A DNA stretch of 64,000 nt from an uncultured delta proteobacterium (GCA_963789265.1 CAWBKB010000001.1:64001-128000), one strand, 5' to 3'. Counted from the first letter of the stretch, positions 32,126 to 43,247 are shown. Notes: a model not told the origin generated them from the letters alone. Program-made: numbers and translations.

Positions 32126-32142
32126 TTGGCACGCTCTTTGCT
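32126..32142 (+). promoter_or_regulatory. sigma54 -24/-12 promoter
   Basis: TTGGCACGCTCTTTGCT matches YTGGCACG-N4-TTGCW, 68 nt upstream of the hcrB-like ATG. Confidence 0.85.
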
Positions 32143-32209
32143 CTTCCTTCTATTTTTTGGACCTTTCATCCGGGGGCAGCGTCTTTCCCGCGTCTCCAAG
32201 GAGTTCAAC

Positions 32210-33208
32210 ATGCGTCTTCCAAGGTTTGAGCTTCTACAGCCAAGGTCAGTGGCAGAAGCTGTCGAGTCTTTGGCACAGCATGGATTGTCAGCCAAAGTGG
32301 CCGCCGGCGGTACGGACCTGTTCCCGAGGATGAAATACGGGGTGGCCCGTCCGGAAGTTCTCGTGAGCCTTAAAGGTGTGCCCGTGAGGAGTCCCGCTGT
32401 TAGTCCCGACGGTTACCTGTCTATCAGTGCCTTGATGAGGCTGACCGATGTCATAGGCTCTGATGTGGTGCGGGAGAAGGCTCCGTTACTGGTTCAGGCT
32501 GCACTTGCTGTGGGATCTAATCAGATTCGCCACATGGGGACTTTGGGCGGCAATCTTTGTCTGGAGAACCGTTGCGTCTACTACAATCAGAGCCACCAGT
32601 ACCAGTTTGTCGAGCCTTGTTTCAAACGGAACGGCAAGCTCTGCTATTTGATGCCTCAGGGCAAGAAGTGCTGGGCTGTTTCTGCTGCGGACACGGTTCC
32701 GGCCCTGATATCACTGAACGCTCAGTTGGTCATTGAAGGTCCGGGAAATAACCGCTGTCTACCCCTGGACGCACTCTATGGAGGTGATCCTTTGCGTCCT
32801 CTCACTCTTGGTCCCGCTGAGGTGGTGACGGACGTTAGAATCCCTCTGGCTCCAAACGGTCGTCGAGCAGCTTTCGCCAAATTCTCTCAACGCGGAGGGC
32901 TCGAATTTGCTCTGGTGAACGTAGCCGTCGTAATGGACCTCGCTGACGACAGACAAACATGCCTTGACGCGAGGATAACCGTTAGCGGAGTCTCTTCCGG
33001 GCCGATCAGGGCAAAGAAAGCGGAGGCTGCCCTTCTTGGACAAAAGATCTCGCCGGACCTTTTCCAGGCGGCGGCGGCAACGACGGCAAACGAAATCGTA
33101 CCCATGCCGCGTTTTGAATTCTCTATGCCGTACCTGAGGAAGTGCGTTGAGGTTCAATCACGGGACGCCTTGGCGTTAGCCATAGATGAGTCGATCAGTA
33201 ATCAGTGA
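32210..33208 (+). CDS. hcrB: 4-hydroxybenzoyl-CoA reductase-like beta (FAD + 4Fe-4S insert) subunit
   Basis: AGGTDL; GTLGGNLC.ENRC.YYNQS...CFK..G..C......KKC four-Cys insertion characteristic of HcrB; RBS aaggag. Confidence 0.8.
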   Translation: MRLPRFELLQPRSVAEAVESLAQHGLSAKVAAGGTDLFPRMKYGVARPEVLVSLKGVPVRSPAVSPDGYLSISALMRLTDVIGSDVVREKAPLLVQAALAVGSNQIRHMGTLGGNLCLENRCVYYNQSHQYQFVEPCFKRNGKLCYLMPQGKKCWAVSAADTVPALISLNAQLVIEGPGNNRCLPLDALYGGDPLRPLTLGPAEVVTDVRIPLAPNGRRAAFAKFSQRGGLEFALVNVAVVMDLADDRQTCLDARITVSGVSSGPIRAKKAEAALLGQKISPDLFQAAAATTANEIVPMPRFEFSMPYLRKCVEVQSRDALALAIDESISNQ

Positions 33209-33242
33209 CAGCGGGCCGCACCCCGGCTGAGGGAGATGGAGT

Positions 33243-33739
33243 ATGAAAAAGCTAATAGAGCTTTCTATTAACGGTGAACGCTACGAATTGGCCGTGAACT
33301 CTCAGGTTACTTTACTGGAGGTGCTCCGGGAGCACCTTGGGTTAACGGGGACGAAAGAGGGATGCGGTACCGGAGAATGTGGTTCCTGTACGGGTACTAG
33401 CGGACGGAAAGCCCATCCTCTCATGTCTGACCTTGGCCGCGGAATGCCAGGGCATGGCCATTACCACCATAGAAGGACTTTCGCAGGAAAACGTACTCAC
33501 ACCTGTCCAGGAAACATTCTTGGAAAAAGGAGCCGTTCAGTGCGGGTTCTGCACTCCGGGCATGGTGACTCTCTGTGACCGCGCTGCTCCAGGAGATCAA
33601 CAATCCTACCGAGATAGACATAAGAAAAGCGCTGGAAGGAAATCTCTGCAGGTGCACAGGGTACAACAAAATCATAGAGGCGGTGAACGAGGTGGTCCAG
33701 CAGTCTTGTTGTCAGGCCCACGAGGAAAATCAGACATGA
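33243..33739 (+). CDS. hcrC: 2x[2Fe-2S] gamma subunit (frameshifts near 33390 and 33565)
   Basis: [22 protein letters not shown] and GNLCRCTGY spread over three frames; TGA overlaps the next ATG. Confidence 0.8.
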
Positions 33740-36070
33740 AAGAACTCGATTACGTCGGCAAACGCGTTCTTCGCAAAGACGGCCCTGAGAAAGTCACCGG
33801 GAAGGCCCTATATACCGCGGACATCCACCTGCCCGGAACTCTGGTGGGTCGGATACTTCGCAGCCCGCATCCGCACGCCCGCATCATAAATGTTGACGCC
33901 TCCAGGGCCCGCGGCGTGCCCGGAGTCAAGGCCATCATCACAGGGCAGGACACGCACGGGGCAATGCACGGATTCGTGGAAACCCCCAGGTACCCTCCTG
34001 ATCAGGTACTGTCTGGCCCTAGACAGGGTTCGATATGTCGGTGAGGAAGTGGCCGCTGTTGCAGCCACCGATGAATACGCCGCTGAGGAAGCTATCCGCC
34101 TGATAGACGTGGAGTATGAGCCTTTACCGGCAGTATTCGATCCCTTTGAAGCTATGGAACCGGGTGCTCCCGAGATTCATCCGCGACATCCCAAAATCAC
34201 CGACCCCTTTCCCAACATTGCGGGGAAGACTGAGTCATCATGGGGCAACGTAGAAGAGGGCTTCGCGCGTTCGGATTATGTGACGGAGGGACGTTTCGAG
34301 AGCCACCTCCGGACACACGGGTACCTTGAGCCTCAGTGTACACTGGCGAGCTTCGAGCCTAGCGGCAAGCTCAACGTGTGGACATCATCCCAAGGGCCTT
34401 TCATCAAGCGTGCCAAGCTCGCCAGAGCCCTGAGGTTGCCCCAGTCGACCGTCTGGGTACACAAAGCATATGTGGGCGGGGCCTTTGGCGGGAAAATCGA
34501 TCTGTTTGCTCACGAGTATTGTGCCTGCCTGCTCTCCATGAAAGCCGGCCGTCCGGTGCTGATCGTGGCCTCGCGAGAAGAGATCTTCTCAGTGTACCGT
34601 CATGGCCAACCACTCTGGACAGAGGTCAAGACTGGGGTGAAAAAGGATGGGACAATTGTGGCCCAGCAATTCAAGGTAGTCAATAGCTGCGGTGCTTACC
34701 GCGGCAGCGGAGTGGTAGTCATCTTCCTGACCTGGGGATTCGCTATGCTTCCCTACCGCGTAGCTAACCTCAAATGGGACGCATACACGGTATACACGAA
34801 CAACCCGGTCAGATGTCCCCAGCGAGGCCACGGCGCTCCGCAACTACGCTTCGCCGTCGAGTCGCAGTTGGACATGATTGCGCAAGAGCTTGGCTTGGAT
34901 CCCATTGAAATACGACTCAAGAACGCTCGTCAGCCTGGAGAGCAGCTTCCAAACGGCGACAATGTTCATAACAGTGGGCTTGCTGAGTGCGTTCAGAAGG
35001 CAGCCGAGCATACTCGTTTCAAGGAGACATACACTGAAAACCGGTCGAAGTCCTCTTCGACGGACCGATACCGCAGAGGCATTGGCATAGGGGTAAGCGC
35101 CTATTTCAGTGGCTCTCTCATTTATCCGAACAGTTCGTCCGTGGTTGTGAAAATGAACGACGACGGTACCGTGACGGTGTTGACCGGATCCATGGATGTC
35201 GGGCAGGGTGCGGAGACGATTGTTTCTCAGATCGTGGCCGAAGAACTCAAAATTCCTGTGAACGAGATAGAGGTGATCGCTGGCGATACGGAGACCACGC
35301 CTGTGGATATCGGCTCATGGATAAGCGGCCATGCGTACGTATCCGGCAATGCTGCGAGGGAGGCCGGGACTCAGGTGCGCAAGAAGCTCTTGGAGATCGC
35401 GGCAGACGAGATGGAAGCCAATGTCAAAGATCTCATTGTGGAAAACAAGAGCGTCCACGTCGTGGGATCTCCAGACAGACGGCTCACCTATTCGCAATTG
35501 GTGGCTGCGAGCATCCGCAAGAACCGAGGTGAGCCGATTTCTGCCGAGGGCCACTGGCGGACCATGCGGGACGAACCCATGCATCCGAGTTTGGCCACGA
35601 CCAAAGGCCGGTGGAGCGAAAACTACGCGTTCGACGCCCAAGTAGCCGAAGTGGAAGTCGACACTGAAACGGGCCTGGTAAGCCTTCTGCGCGCGGTGAC
35701 GGCCCACGACTGCGGCTTTCCGATAAATCCCTTGCTGGTCGAAGGACAAGTTGATGGCCAGGTGTCCATGGCTCTTGGACATGCGTTCATGGAACAGGTG
35801 GTCATGAAGGAAGGTCGAACCGTTAACCCGAATTGGCTCGATTACCACATGCCATGTATCCACAATATGGCCGTTTCGGAACACATCGATGTGATCACCG
35901 AGAGTTACCAGGTAGGAGAACCGTATCGGACCAAAGAGGTAGGAGAGGGTCTCGTCTCAGCTATATTGGCGGCTATCGCCAATGCGGTTTACAACGCGGT
36001 GGGAGTGAGGCTTGATTCCACCCCCTTCACCCCGGAGAAGATCTTACGAGGGCTGGGTAAGATCAAGTGA
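33736..36070 (+). CDS. hcrA: Xanthine-oxidase-family Mo subunit, HcrA-like (frameshift near 34005)
   Basis: [50 protein letters not shown]. Confidence 0.8.
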
Positions 36071-36155
36071 CATGGGTCAACGTTGATGTCTTGATGTTAA
36101 GCGATATTTCTCAGATGTCACCCCACTGCATGAATACACTTACAAGAGGTCAAAG

Positions 36156-37475
36156 ATGGAAGAGGTTACCTACTGGCGCAAAGAAATGGAAACCCTCGCA
36201 AGAGAAAAACTTGCCGAACTGCAGCTCAAACGCTTCAAGGAGCGCATGCAGTACGTCTACGAGCGCAGTCCGATGTACCGGCGCAAGTTTGACCTGGCGG
36301 GAATTAAACCGGATGACATCCGCACCCTGGATGAAATTGAGAACGTTCCATTTACCGTGAAAGAAGAGCTTCGGGAGAGTCAAGCCGAGCATCCTCCGTG
36401 GGGAGATTTCATCTGCATTGACCCTGAACAAGGAGTCAGAGTATTTCAGACCTCCGGCACGACCGGGATTCCGGTGAAAGCCATTCTGAACAAGAAAGAT
36501 TGGACCGTTCATTACTACGAAGAGTTCATGCATTTTATGTACGGTTACGGCATAAAGACGTCAGATATTCTTTTTGTTCCGTTCAATTTTGGACTGCACA
36601 TTGCCTGGTGGGGATTTTCAGCCGCTTTAGAACAGGAAGGAGTCATGATCGTTCCCGGAGGAGGGCAATCTTCACAGGACCGCGTCAGGAACATTTTCGA
36701 GTGGGGAGCTACCGTCGTGTGCGGTACACCCACCTATATGCTGCACCTCGGAGAAACGGCCGCAAAAATGGGGCAACCATTAACCGAGTCCAAGGTGCGC
36801 ATCGTGGTCACGGCCGGGGAACCGGGTGCAAATGTGTCCGCAACGAAGAGAGCCATTGAAGCGCTCTGGGGAGCCAAGTGCTATGATGATCTGGGATCGA
36901 CGGAGGCCGCCAATTTTGGCTTTGAGTGCATTGCCCAAAGGGGAACTCACTTGATCGAAAGCCAGTTCTATGCGGAATGCTTGGACGTGGAGACGCTACA
37001 GCCGGTGAGCCCGGGAGAAGTGGGAGAACTGGTGATCTCGAACTTGTGCTGCGAAAGTATGCCACTCTTGAGGTATCGGATAAAAGATCTCGTGCGCTTC
37101 AATCTCGAGCCGTGTGAGTGCGGAAGAACCTTCCTGAGACTGGACGGTGGAGTGCTCGGAAGATCTGACGATATGTTCCAATACGTCGGCGTGAACATCT
37201 TTCCCTCTGCTATTGAAAATCTTGTTCGCGAAGTTGATGAATTCTCCAACGACTACCAACTGGTGGTTCCCAGGATGGGTAGCGGCAAGCGCCTGACGAT
37301 CCGTGTAGAACCGGCCCAATCTGACATTCCCGTAAAAAAGCTCGAGGAAGCAGCCAACAGACTTGTCGACACAGTGAAATTCCGTATCAGCATCACCCCG
37401 GCAGTGGAAATCGCAGTTATAGGTGAGCTCCCCAGATTTGAGGGCAAGGCAAGACGGGTGATCAGGGAGGAGTAA
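36156..37475 (+). CDS. Phenylacetate-CoA ligase (PaaK) family
   Basis: PFTVKEELR, TSGTTG, TPTY, AGEP, PLLRYRIKD, GRSDDM, GVNIFP, GKARRV. Confidence 0.88.
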   Translation: MEEVTYWRKEMETLAREKLAELQLKRFKERMQYVYERSPMYRRKFDLAGIKPDDIRTLDEIENVPFTVKEELRESQAEHPPWGDFICIDPEQGVRVFQTSGTTGIPVKAILNKKDWTVHYYEEFMHFMYGYGIKTSDILFVPFNFGLHIAWWGFSAALEQEGVMIVPGGGQSSQDRVRNIFEWGATVVCGTPTYMLHLGETAAKMGQPLTESKVRIVVTAGEPGANVSATKRAIEALWGAKCYDDLGSTEAANFGFECIAQRGTHLIESQFYAECLDVETLQPVSPGEVGELVISNLCCESMPLLRYRIKDLVRFNLEPCECGRTFLRLDGGVLGRSDDMFQYVGVNIFPSAIENLVREVDEFSNDYQLVVPRMGSGKRLTIRVEPAQSDIPVKKLEEAANRLVDTVKFRISITPAVEIAVIGELPRFEGKARRVIREE

Positions 37476-37584
37476 CGGTTCCGCTGTTGCCGAAGAAAAG
37501 GTTCCAGTTGCCGGCGAATGTCACCTGCATGAGGAAAACGGACGAACCGAAGTTCGGAAAGCATCTAAAACAGAGGAGGTTAAA

Positions 37585-38784
37585 ATGAGCCGCAGATTTT
37601 TAGCGATTGTGCCATTGTGCCTTGGGTTGATCCTTTCTTGGGCTGCGCTACCGGCGGTAGCCGCCGATGTGCCCGAAGCCATCGTAATTGGAGCAACTGT
37701 TTCTCAAACCGGGCACTTCTCCTCGGAGGTAGGGCCATTCAAACGACTCATGGAGGCATGGGCCAAAGTGGTCAACGAAAAGGGCGGTATCAAACTGAAA
37801 CAATACGGCAAGAGCCTACCCGTGAAATTCGTGATTTATGACGACGCTAGCAATGAAGCCACCACCAAGAAGTATTACGAGCGTCTGGCAACGGTTGACA
37901 AGGCAAACCTCCTCCTGGGGCCTTACAGTAGTCCTTTAACCTTTGCGGCCAGCACGGCCGGTGAAAATCACAAGATCCCATTCATCGCGGTGTGCGCAAA
38001 TTCCCAAAAGATCTATGCCAGAGGGTTTAAATGGCTGGTGGGCGTCATAGATCTCGGCCCTCGTTACACCTACCGTTACTGGGAGATGATCAAGGCGGAA
38101 GGCAAGGCCAAGACCGTTTCCTTCGTCGTCGAGGACACGCTTCATCCTCTCGACGTCTTCGAGGGCTCGAAGAAGCTTGCCGAAGCAGCCGGCCTGAAGG
38201 TTCTTACGAGTGATGTAATCCCAGCCGACGCTCGAGATTTCACCCCGGTCATCACGAAGGTCAAGAAAAGTGATCCCGACATCGTGTACGTATCCTCCAA
38301 CATCCCCTTCGCTATTAACTTCATGAAACAAGCCAAGGAGATGAAGCTCAATCCTAGGGAGTTTCACTGTATTCATCACAGCGGGGTTTTCCGAGACCCG
38401 CTTGGCGATGTGGCGGACTTTGTTGTCGGGCAATCGTATTGGGTAGAGGGGATGAAGCTGGGTGATTCCGCGCTCATCGTTGATCTGCTCAAGAGAGCGA
38501 ACATCTCGGAACCTATGTACCCATGGGCACCTGCGTATGTAGCAGGCTTCCAGATAATCCAGGCCGCTCTCGAGAAAGCAGGGACTCTCGACAACGAGGC
38601 CGTTATGGCTGCTCTGAAGAGTCTCAAGTTGGAAACGGTGCTTGGGCCGGAACGATTCCACGAGACAGGTTATGGCTCGATCAACACGTACCCTTCACAG
38701 ATACAAGGCAAGAAGTGGGTGGTGATCTGGCCGAAAGCCGTTGCCACAGGCCAACACGTCTACCCCCGACCGATGTGGAAATAG
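37585..38784 (+). CDS. HAAT ABC substrate-binding protein
   Basis: Signal peptide, VNEKGGI, YDDAS, LLGPYSS, QIQG...VIWP. Confidence 0.9.
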   Translation: MSRRFLAIVPLCLGLILSWAALPAVAADVPEAIVIGATVSQTGHFSSEVGPFKRLMEAWAKVVNEKGGIKLKQYGKSLPVKFVIYDDASNEATTKKYYERLATVDKANLLLGPYSSPLTFAASTAGENHKIPFIAVCANSQKIYARGFKWLVGVIDLGPRYTYRYWEMIKAEGKAKTVSFVVEDTLHPLDVFEGSKKLAEAAGLKVLTSDVIPADARDFTPVITKVKKSDPDIVYVSSNIPFAINFMKQAKEMKLNPREFHCIHHSGVFRDPLGDVADFVVGQSYWVEGMKLGDSALIVDLLKRANISEPMYPWAPAYVAGFQIIQAALEKAGTLDNEAVMAALKSLKLETVLGPERFHETGYGSINTYPSQIQGKKWVVIWPKAVATGQHVYPRPMWK

Positions 38785-38816
38785 GTAGGGTTCACCAAGA
38801 ACGGGAAGGGGCGACA

Positions 38817-39690
38817 ATGCTGTCCGACGTAATTCAGCTTTTGGTCGGGGGCCTGTTGCTGGGCGGCATCTACGGGCTTGCCGCCTTCGGACTGTCCATA
38901 AGCTTTGGGGTTTTGAATATCCTGAACCTGGCTCATGGAGAGTTTCTGATGCTCGGTTCTCTGGCTGGCTATTCAGCATTTGTGACCTTAGGCACAAACC
39001 CCTTCCTGGCGGCCGTGCTAATTATTCCTCTCTTTGTGCTGATCGGGGCGGGCTTTTACGTCCTTCTGTTGAGACCCATAAGTGACAAGCCCCCCCACCA
39101 ATTGCTGGTGTCTTCCATACTGGTTACTCTAGGGGCTTCTCTCGCCATCGAAGACTTGACGGCATTCTTCTGGCAACGACCAATCACGGGTATTGAATAC
39201 TCTTTGCCTCCTTTAGAGATGGGCGGGGTAGTCGTGTCTTCGCTCAGGCTTCTGATTCTGTTGTTCATTTGTGTTTTGGCTGTGGTCCTCCAGGTTTACC
39301 TGAGGCGAACCTTTATCGGTCGGGCCATCCAGGCCCTTACACAGTGTCGCGAGGGTGCCAAGGTTGTGGGTGTTCCCATCGCGCGGGTTTCAGCGGTCAC
39401 CTTTGGCCTCGGGGCAGCACTTGCAGCTTCTGCCGGCGTCTTCTATGCGACGCTGTTCACGGTCACTCCGGTGATCGGAATTCCTCTTACGGTCAAGTAT
39501 CTTTGCGTGGTGGTGCTGGGTGGCCTGGGAAGTCTGGTGGGATCGGTGGTCGGGGGTCTCATATTGGGCCTGGCTGAAGCGTTTACAGCCTACTACGTGG
39601 GATCCGAATGGTCGCCCTGTGTCCCGTTTGTCCTGTTGATATCAGTACCTGATTATCAGGCCTTCCGGGCTGTTCGGATCGAGTGTATGA
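38817..39690 (+). CDS. LivH-like permease (frameshift near 39645)
   Basis: ILNLAHGEF; true C-terminus IIRPSGLFGSSV* in the alternate frame, stop overlapping the next ATG. Confidence 0.85.
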
Positions 39691-40652
39691 ACACGGGGCG
39701 GTACCGAATATCTCTCCTTGTGGGCGCATGTCTTGCCCTGGCGATTCCCGCTGTCCTGCCGTGGCTGGCAGGGTCTTATCTTCTCGTGTGGGTGTTCCTC
39801 CTTGCGGTATACCTTACGCTGGCTGTGAGCTACGACATCGTGGGCGGTTCCATGGGATACATGAACTTAGGGCACTCCACCTTCTTTGGTCTAGGCGCCT
39901 ATACGACCGTCATACTGCTTAACCAAGGCCACCATCTGGGGTTGTGTCTTGCGGCTGCTGCTGTCGTGGCCGCGGTCTTCGCTGCGCTGGTGAGTTACCC
40001 CATTTTTCGCCTGAGGGGCGCTTATTTTGCCTTAGCCACCTTTGGTCTCATCAGCCTGATGGGCATTCTGGCAAACAATCTCAGGGATCTAACAGGAGGA
40101 GCGGGTGGAATTTCAACTCCTTCCGGAGATCACACCGTCACGTCATATTACCTCTCTGTGGCAGTTTCCATAGCGACGGTGGTCCTAAACCTGGGACTCT
40201 CACGATCTCGGTTTGGGCTCGCACTGCTAAGCATTCGCGAAGACGAAGAGGTTGCCCGTGCCCTGGGTACTCCTACGAATTTCTACAAGAGTCTCGCCCT
40301 CGTTGTAAGCTCCGTACCCGCCGGCTTGATAGGGGGGGTATATGTCTGGAATGTGACATACATCAGCCCTTCGGCGGTTTTCGGGCTCGACATAGCGTTG
40401 AGTCCCATCGTTATGGCTATGTTGGGAGGAACGGGAACCGTAATGGGCCCGATCCTCGGCGCGTTTTCCCTCACCCTACTACAGGAATTGCTGTGGACAC
40501 AGATTCCTTACCTCCATTTAACCATGTATGGGATGGTTATGGTCCTGGTGGGTCTGTTTATGCCGGGCGGTTTGGTGAGAACCCGACTGTTCGAACTCTT
40601 CATTCAGCGCTTTGTGCCCGGAGGCAAGGCGCATTACCAGGGAGAACCCTGA
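39687..40652 (+). CDS. LivM-like permease
   Basis: GYMNLGHSTFFGLGAY, RLRGAYFALAT, IREDE, LGGTGT..GP. Confidence 0.88.
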   Translation: MNTGRYRISLLVGACLALAIPAVLPWLAGSYLLVWVFLLAVYLTLAVSYDIVGGSMGYMNLGHSTFFGLGAYTTVILLNQGHHLGLCLAAAAVVAAVFAALVSYPIFRLRGAYFALATFGLISLMGILANNLRDLTGGAGGISTPSGDHTVTSYYLSVAVSIATVVLNLGLSRSRFGLALLSIREDEEVARALGTPTNFYKSLALVVSSVPAGLIGGVYVWNVTYISPSAVFGLDIALSPIVMAMLGGTGTVMGPILGAFSLTLLQELLWTQIPYLHLTMYGMVMVLVGLFMPGGLVRTRLFELFIQRFVPGGKAHYQGEP

Positions 40653-40677
40653 ACCGGCAGAGAGTTGTGTAGCAACA

Positions 40678-41430
40678 ATGGCGACTGTCCTGGAATGTCA
40701 GAACGTATTTAAACTGTTCGGCGGGGTCGTAGCTCTGTCAGACATAAACCTCCGGGTAGAGGAGGGTCGGATACTCGGTATCATCGGTCCCAACGGTGCG
40801 GGCAAGACTACTCTCTTCAACATAATTTCCGGAGCGCTTACGCCCACCAAGGGCAGGGTTTTCTTTCATGGTCGAGACATCTCCGGGATCGGAGCGAATC
40901 GGATCTGCAGGCTGGGAATCGCTCGAACTTACCAACTCGTGAGACCTTTTGCTTCCCTGACGGCTTTGCAAAACGTTCTCATCGGCGTCAGCTTCGGCCG
41001 AGGTTCTAGAGCACGTCGCGGCCAGCGGGTGCCTTTGGCCATGACCGAGTTGGAGTTCGTAGGATTGGCGGCAAAAGCGAACCAACCAGCCGCAAACCTT
41101 ACGTTGGTCGAGAAGAAACACCTGGAAATTGCTCGAGCCCTCGGCACAGATCCCTCAGTAATTTTACTGGACGAAGTGGTCTCAGGCTTGTCCCCGGGTG
41201 AAGCGGCGCACGTCATTGACACGATTCGGGAGATTCAGCGGCGAGGGATCACCGTTGTCATGATAGAGCACGTCCTGAGAGTGGTGATGGAGCTGTGTCA
41301 TTCCGTATTGGTATTACATTTTGGTGTACAACTCGCCTATGATCGCCCGGAAGCCGTAGTCAAAGACAAACAGGTTATTGAGGCTTATCTTGGCCGTGAC
41401 GAACCCACATCCGGAGGACCGAGTGCTTGA
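40678..41430 (+). CDS. ABC ATPase (LivG-like)
   Basis: GPNGAGKTT, ARTYQ, LLDE, IEH, EAYLG. Confidence 0.9.
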   Translation: MATVLECQNVFKLFGGVVALSDINLRVEEGRILGIIGPNGAGKTTLFNIISGALTPTKGRVFFHGRDISGIGANRICRLGIARTYQLVRPFASLTALQNVLIGVSFGRGSRARRGQRVPLAMTELEFVGLAAKANQPAANLTLVEKKHLEIARALGTDPSVILLDEVVSGLSPGEAAHVIDTIREIQRRGITVVMIEHVLRVVMELCHSVLVLHFGVQLAYDRPEAVVKDKQVIEAYLGRDEPTSGGPSA

Positions 41431-42127
41431 TGTCGTCAATCTGAACGTTAGCTATGGGCCGCTACACGTCTTGTGGGACGTGTCGTTGACGGTGAAGGAG
41501 CGGGAAATAGTTGCGCTCCTCGGCTCCAATGGCGCGGGTAAAACCACGACACTCAAGACGATTCAGGGACTTCTTCGCCCATCCTCCGGCCAGGTACACT
41601 TCATGGGTGAAAGCGTTCATCAATTGGCCTCACACCAGGTGGTAGCGCGCGGTTTGTCCCTTGTGCCTGAAGATCGGTTGCTATTCCCGGAAATGACCGT
41701 TCTCGATAATCTGGAACTCGGTGCCTTTCCCGCTGGAGCACGTCAGAAACGTCAAGATACGCTTGACTGGGTGTACCAATTGTTCCCGCCCGTTTTCCAT
41801 CGTGCGAAGCAGAAGGTTAAGACCCTCTCGGGTGGCGAGCAACAGATGGTGGCCATTGGACGGGCCCTCATGGCGAAACCTAAGTTGCTTTTGCTGGATG
41901 AGCCGTCGCTGGGCTTGGCTCCATTAGTGGTAGCCGAACTCTTCCGGACGGTGAAACAAATCAATCGCCAGGGCATCTCGGTCCTCCTCGTGGAACAGAA
42001 CGTGAAAAAGAGTCTCGAACTGGCGCACCGTGCATACGTGCTGGAAACGGGTAAAGTAATACAGGATGGTCCGGCAAGAGACCTCTTGAACGATCCCAGA
42101 GTCCGAGAAGCGTATCTAGGCGTGTGA
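41423..42127 (+). CDS. ABC ATPase (LivF-like)
   Basis: GSNGAGKTT, LSGGEQQM, DEPSLGLAP, VEQN. Confidence 0.9.
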   Translation: MLDVVNLNVSYGPLHVLWDVSLTVKEREIVALLGSNGAGKTTTLKTIQGLLRPSSGQVHFMGESVHQLASHQVVARGLSLVPEDRLLFPEMTVLDNLELGAFPAGARQKRQDTLDWVYQLFPPVFHRAKQKVKTLSGGEQQMVAIGRALMAKPKLLLLDEPSLGLAPLVVAELFRTVKQINRQGISVLLVEQNVKKSLELAHRAYVLETGKVIQDGPARDLLNDPRVREAYLGV

Positions 42128-42214
42128 TGCTATAGTATGCAGTTCTGAGAATTTCGACAGGGCCAAAGGTGCAGAATCCCGACGGCATCGATGATCCCGT
42201 ACATCAATGGTCGC

Positions 42215-42292
42215 GGGGTCAGGGGACATCAGTGATAACCGGGATGATTCTAGGTAGTTGGATCGCTCACGCGTGTCGGCTAATGTCGAGGG
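42215..42292 (+). repeat. Degenerate fourth copy of the REP/RAYT-remnant repeat
   Basis: ggggtcaggggacatc resembles ggagttcagggtacacc; tagttggatcgc-tcacgcg resembles 49371 tagctggatcgcgtcacgcg; tgtcggctaatgtc resembles tgccgtctaatgtc at 48193. Confidence 0.45.
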
Positions 42293-42756
42293 CCATTGCA
42301 GCGACTTGTCTTGTCGGCCCAATATGGGCTTCAAAACGCCCCGCGAATTGTGAAGCCTGCTGCGGGTCTATGACCTCGAACTAGGGTCTATCTTTTCCCG
42401 CGAATATTTAAGATAAGATCCCTCTCTTTTGACTCCCAGCTTATTGTGTCCCACCGAGCCACAGATCTTAATTTCTTCGGGACGAAGCTGATAGTATTAA
42501 CTTTAAAGTGTATGCTATTGATATACCAGTATAATTTGCCCACAGCTACAGGCCGGGGAAAAGCCCAAGGCGTGTTACGGCGCTTTAGAAGCCTCCCCTC
42601 AAGCCTTCGACAATGAAAATCGACACCGTAGTCGAGAGCTGCTCATACGATTCCTCCGGGGTGCCTCCAAACCATAGGCGCCAATGGTACAACACATTTA
42701 CGCCCTACAGCGAGTATGAGTTGGCTACAGTCCATGTTTAAAAGGAAATGTGATCT

Positions 42757-42804
42757 ATCCAGTGCACCACGGCTGGGGTTAGAAGGGGCCGTCGTGCACT
42801 GGAT
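42757..42804. repeat. Long inverted repeat / hairpin
   Basis: atccagtgcac-c-acggc...gccgt-c-gtgcactggat. Confidence 0.7.
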
Positions 42805-42928
42805 CGACCTTTAACCTGGATGAGTACAAATTGGACGAAGAACCCACGAGGACGTTAAGGGTCATATGACAAGAGGAATATTCTGGTTATGGACCGCCGC
42901 ATCACTTTGGTAAACCATAAAGGGAGGA

Positions 42929-43247
42929 ATGAACATGAGATTCTTGTTTAAAGCTTCAATTCCTGTTGAAGCAGGGAACAAGGCAGCAAAAGAAGGCCGC
43001 CTGGCTAAAATTATCGAGTCAATTCTCGGAGATTTGAAGCCCGAAGCTGCCTATTTTCTGGGTGATAATGGGGAGAGAACGGCTTATATCTTTTTCCAGA
43101 TGGAGGATGGTTCCGAAATTCCGAAGGTGACAGAAACCTTGGATGCTTGCGTTAGATGCCAGCATCGAGATGCATCCGGTAATGGCACTCGAGGATCTGA
43201 TGAAAGCTGCGCCTTATATAGATGAAGCCGTTAGAAAATATACCTGA
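42929..43247 (+). CDS. Small conserved hypothetical protein (frameshift near 43137)
   Basis: RBS ggagg; MRFLFKASIPVEAGN...LKPEAAYF...G.RTAY...; continues WMLALDASIEMHPVMALEDL in the alternate frame. Confidence 0.7.

Noticed and set aside
38523..40652. 709-aa LivH-LivM fusion ORF
   Set aside because: The true LivH C-terminus (IIRPSGLFG..*) is in another frame and overlaps the LivM ATG at 39687, so the fusion is an indel artefact.
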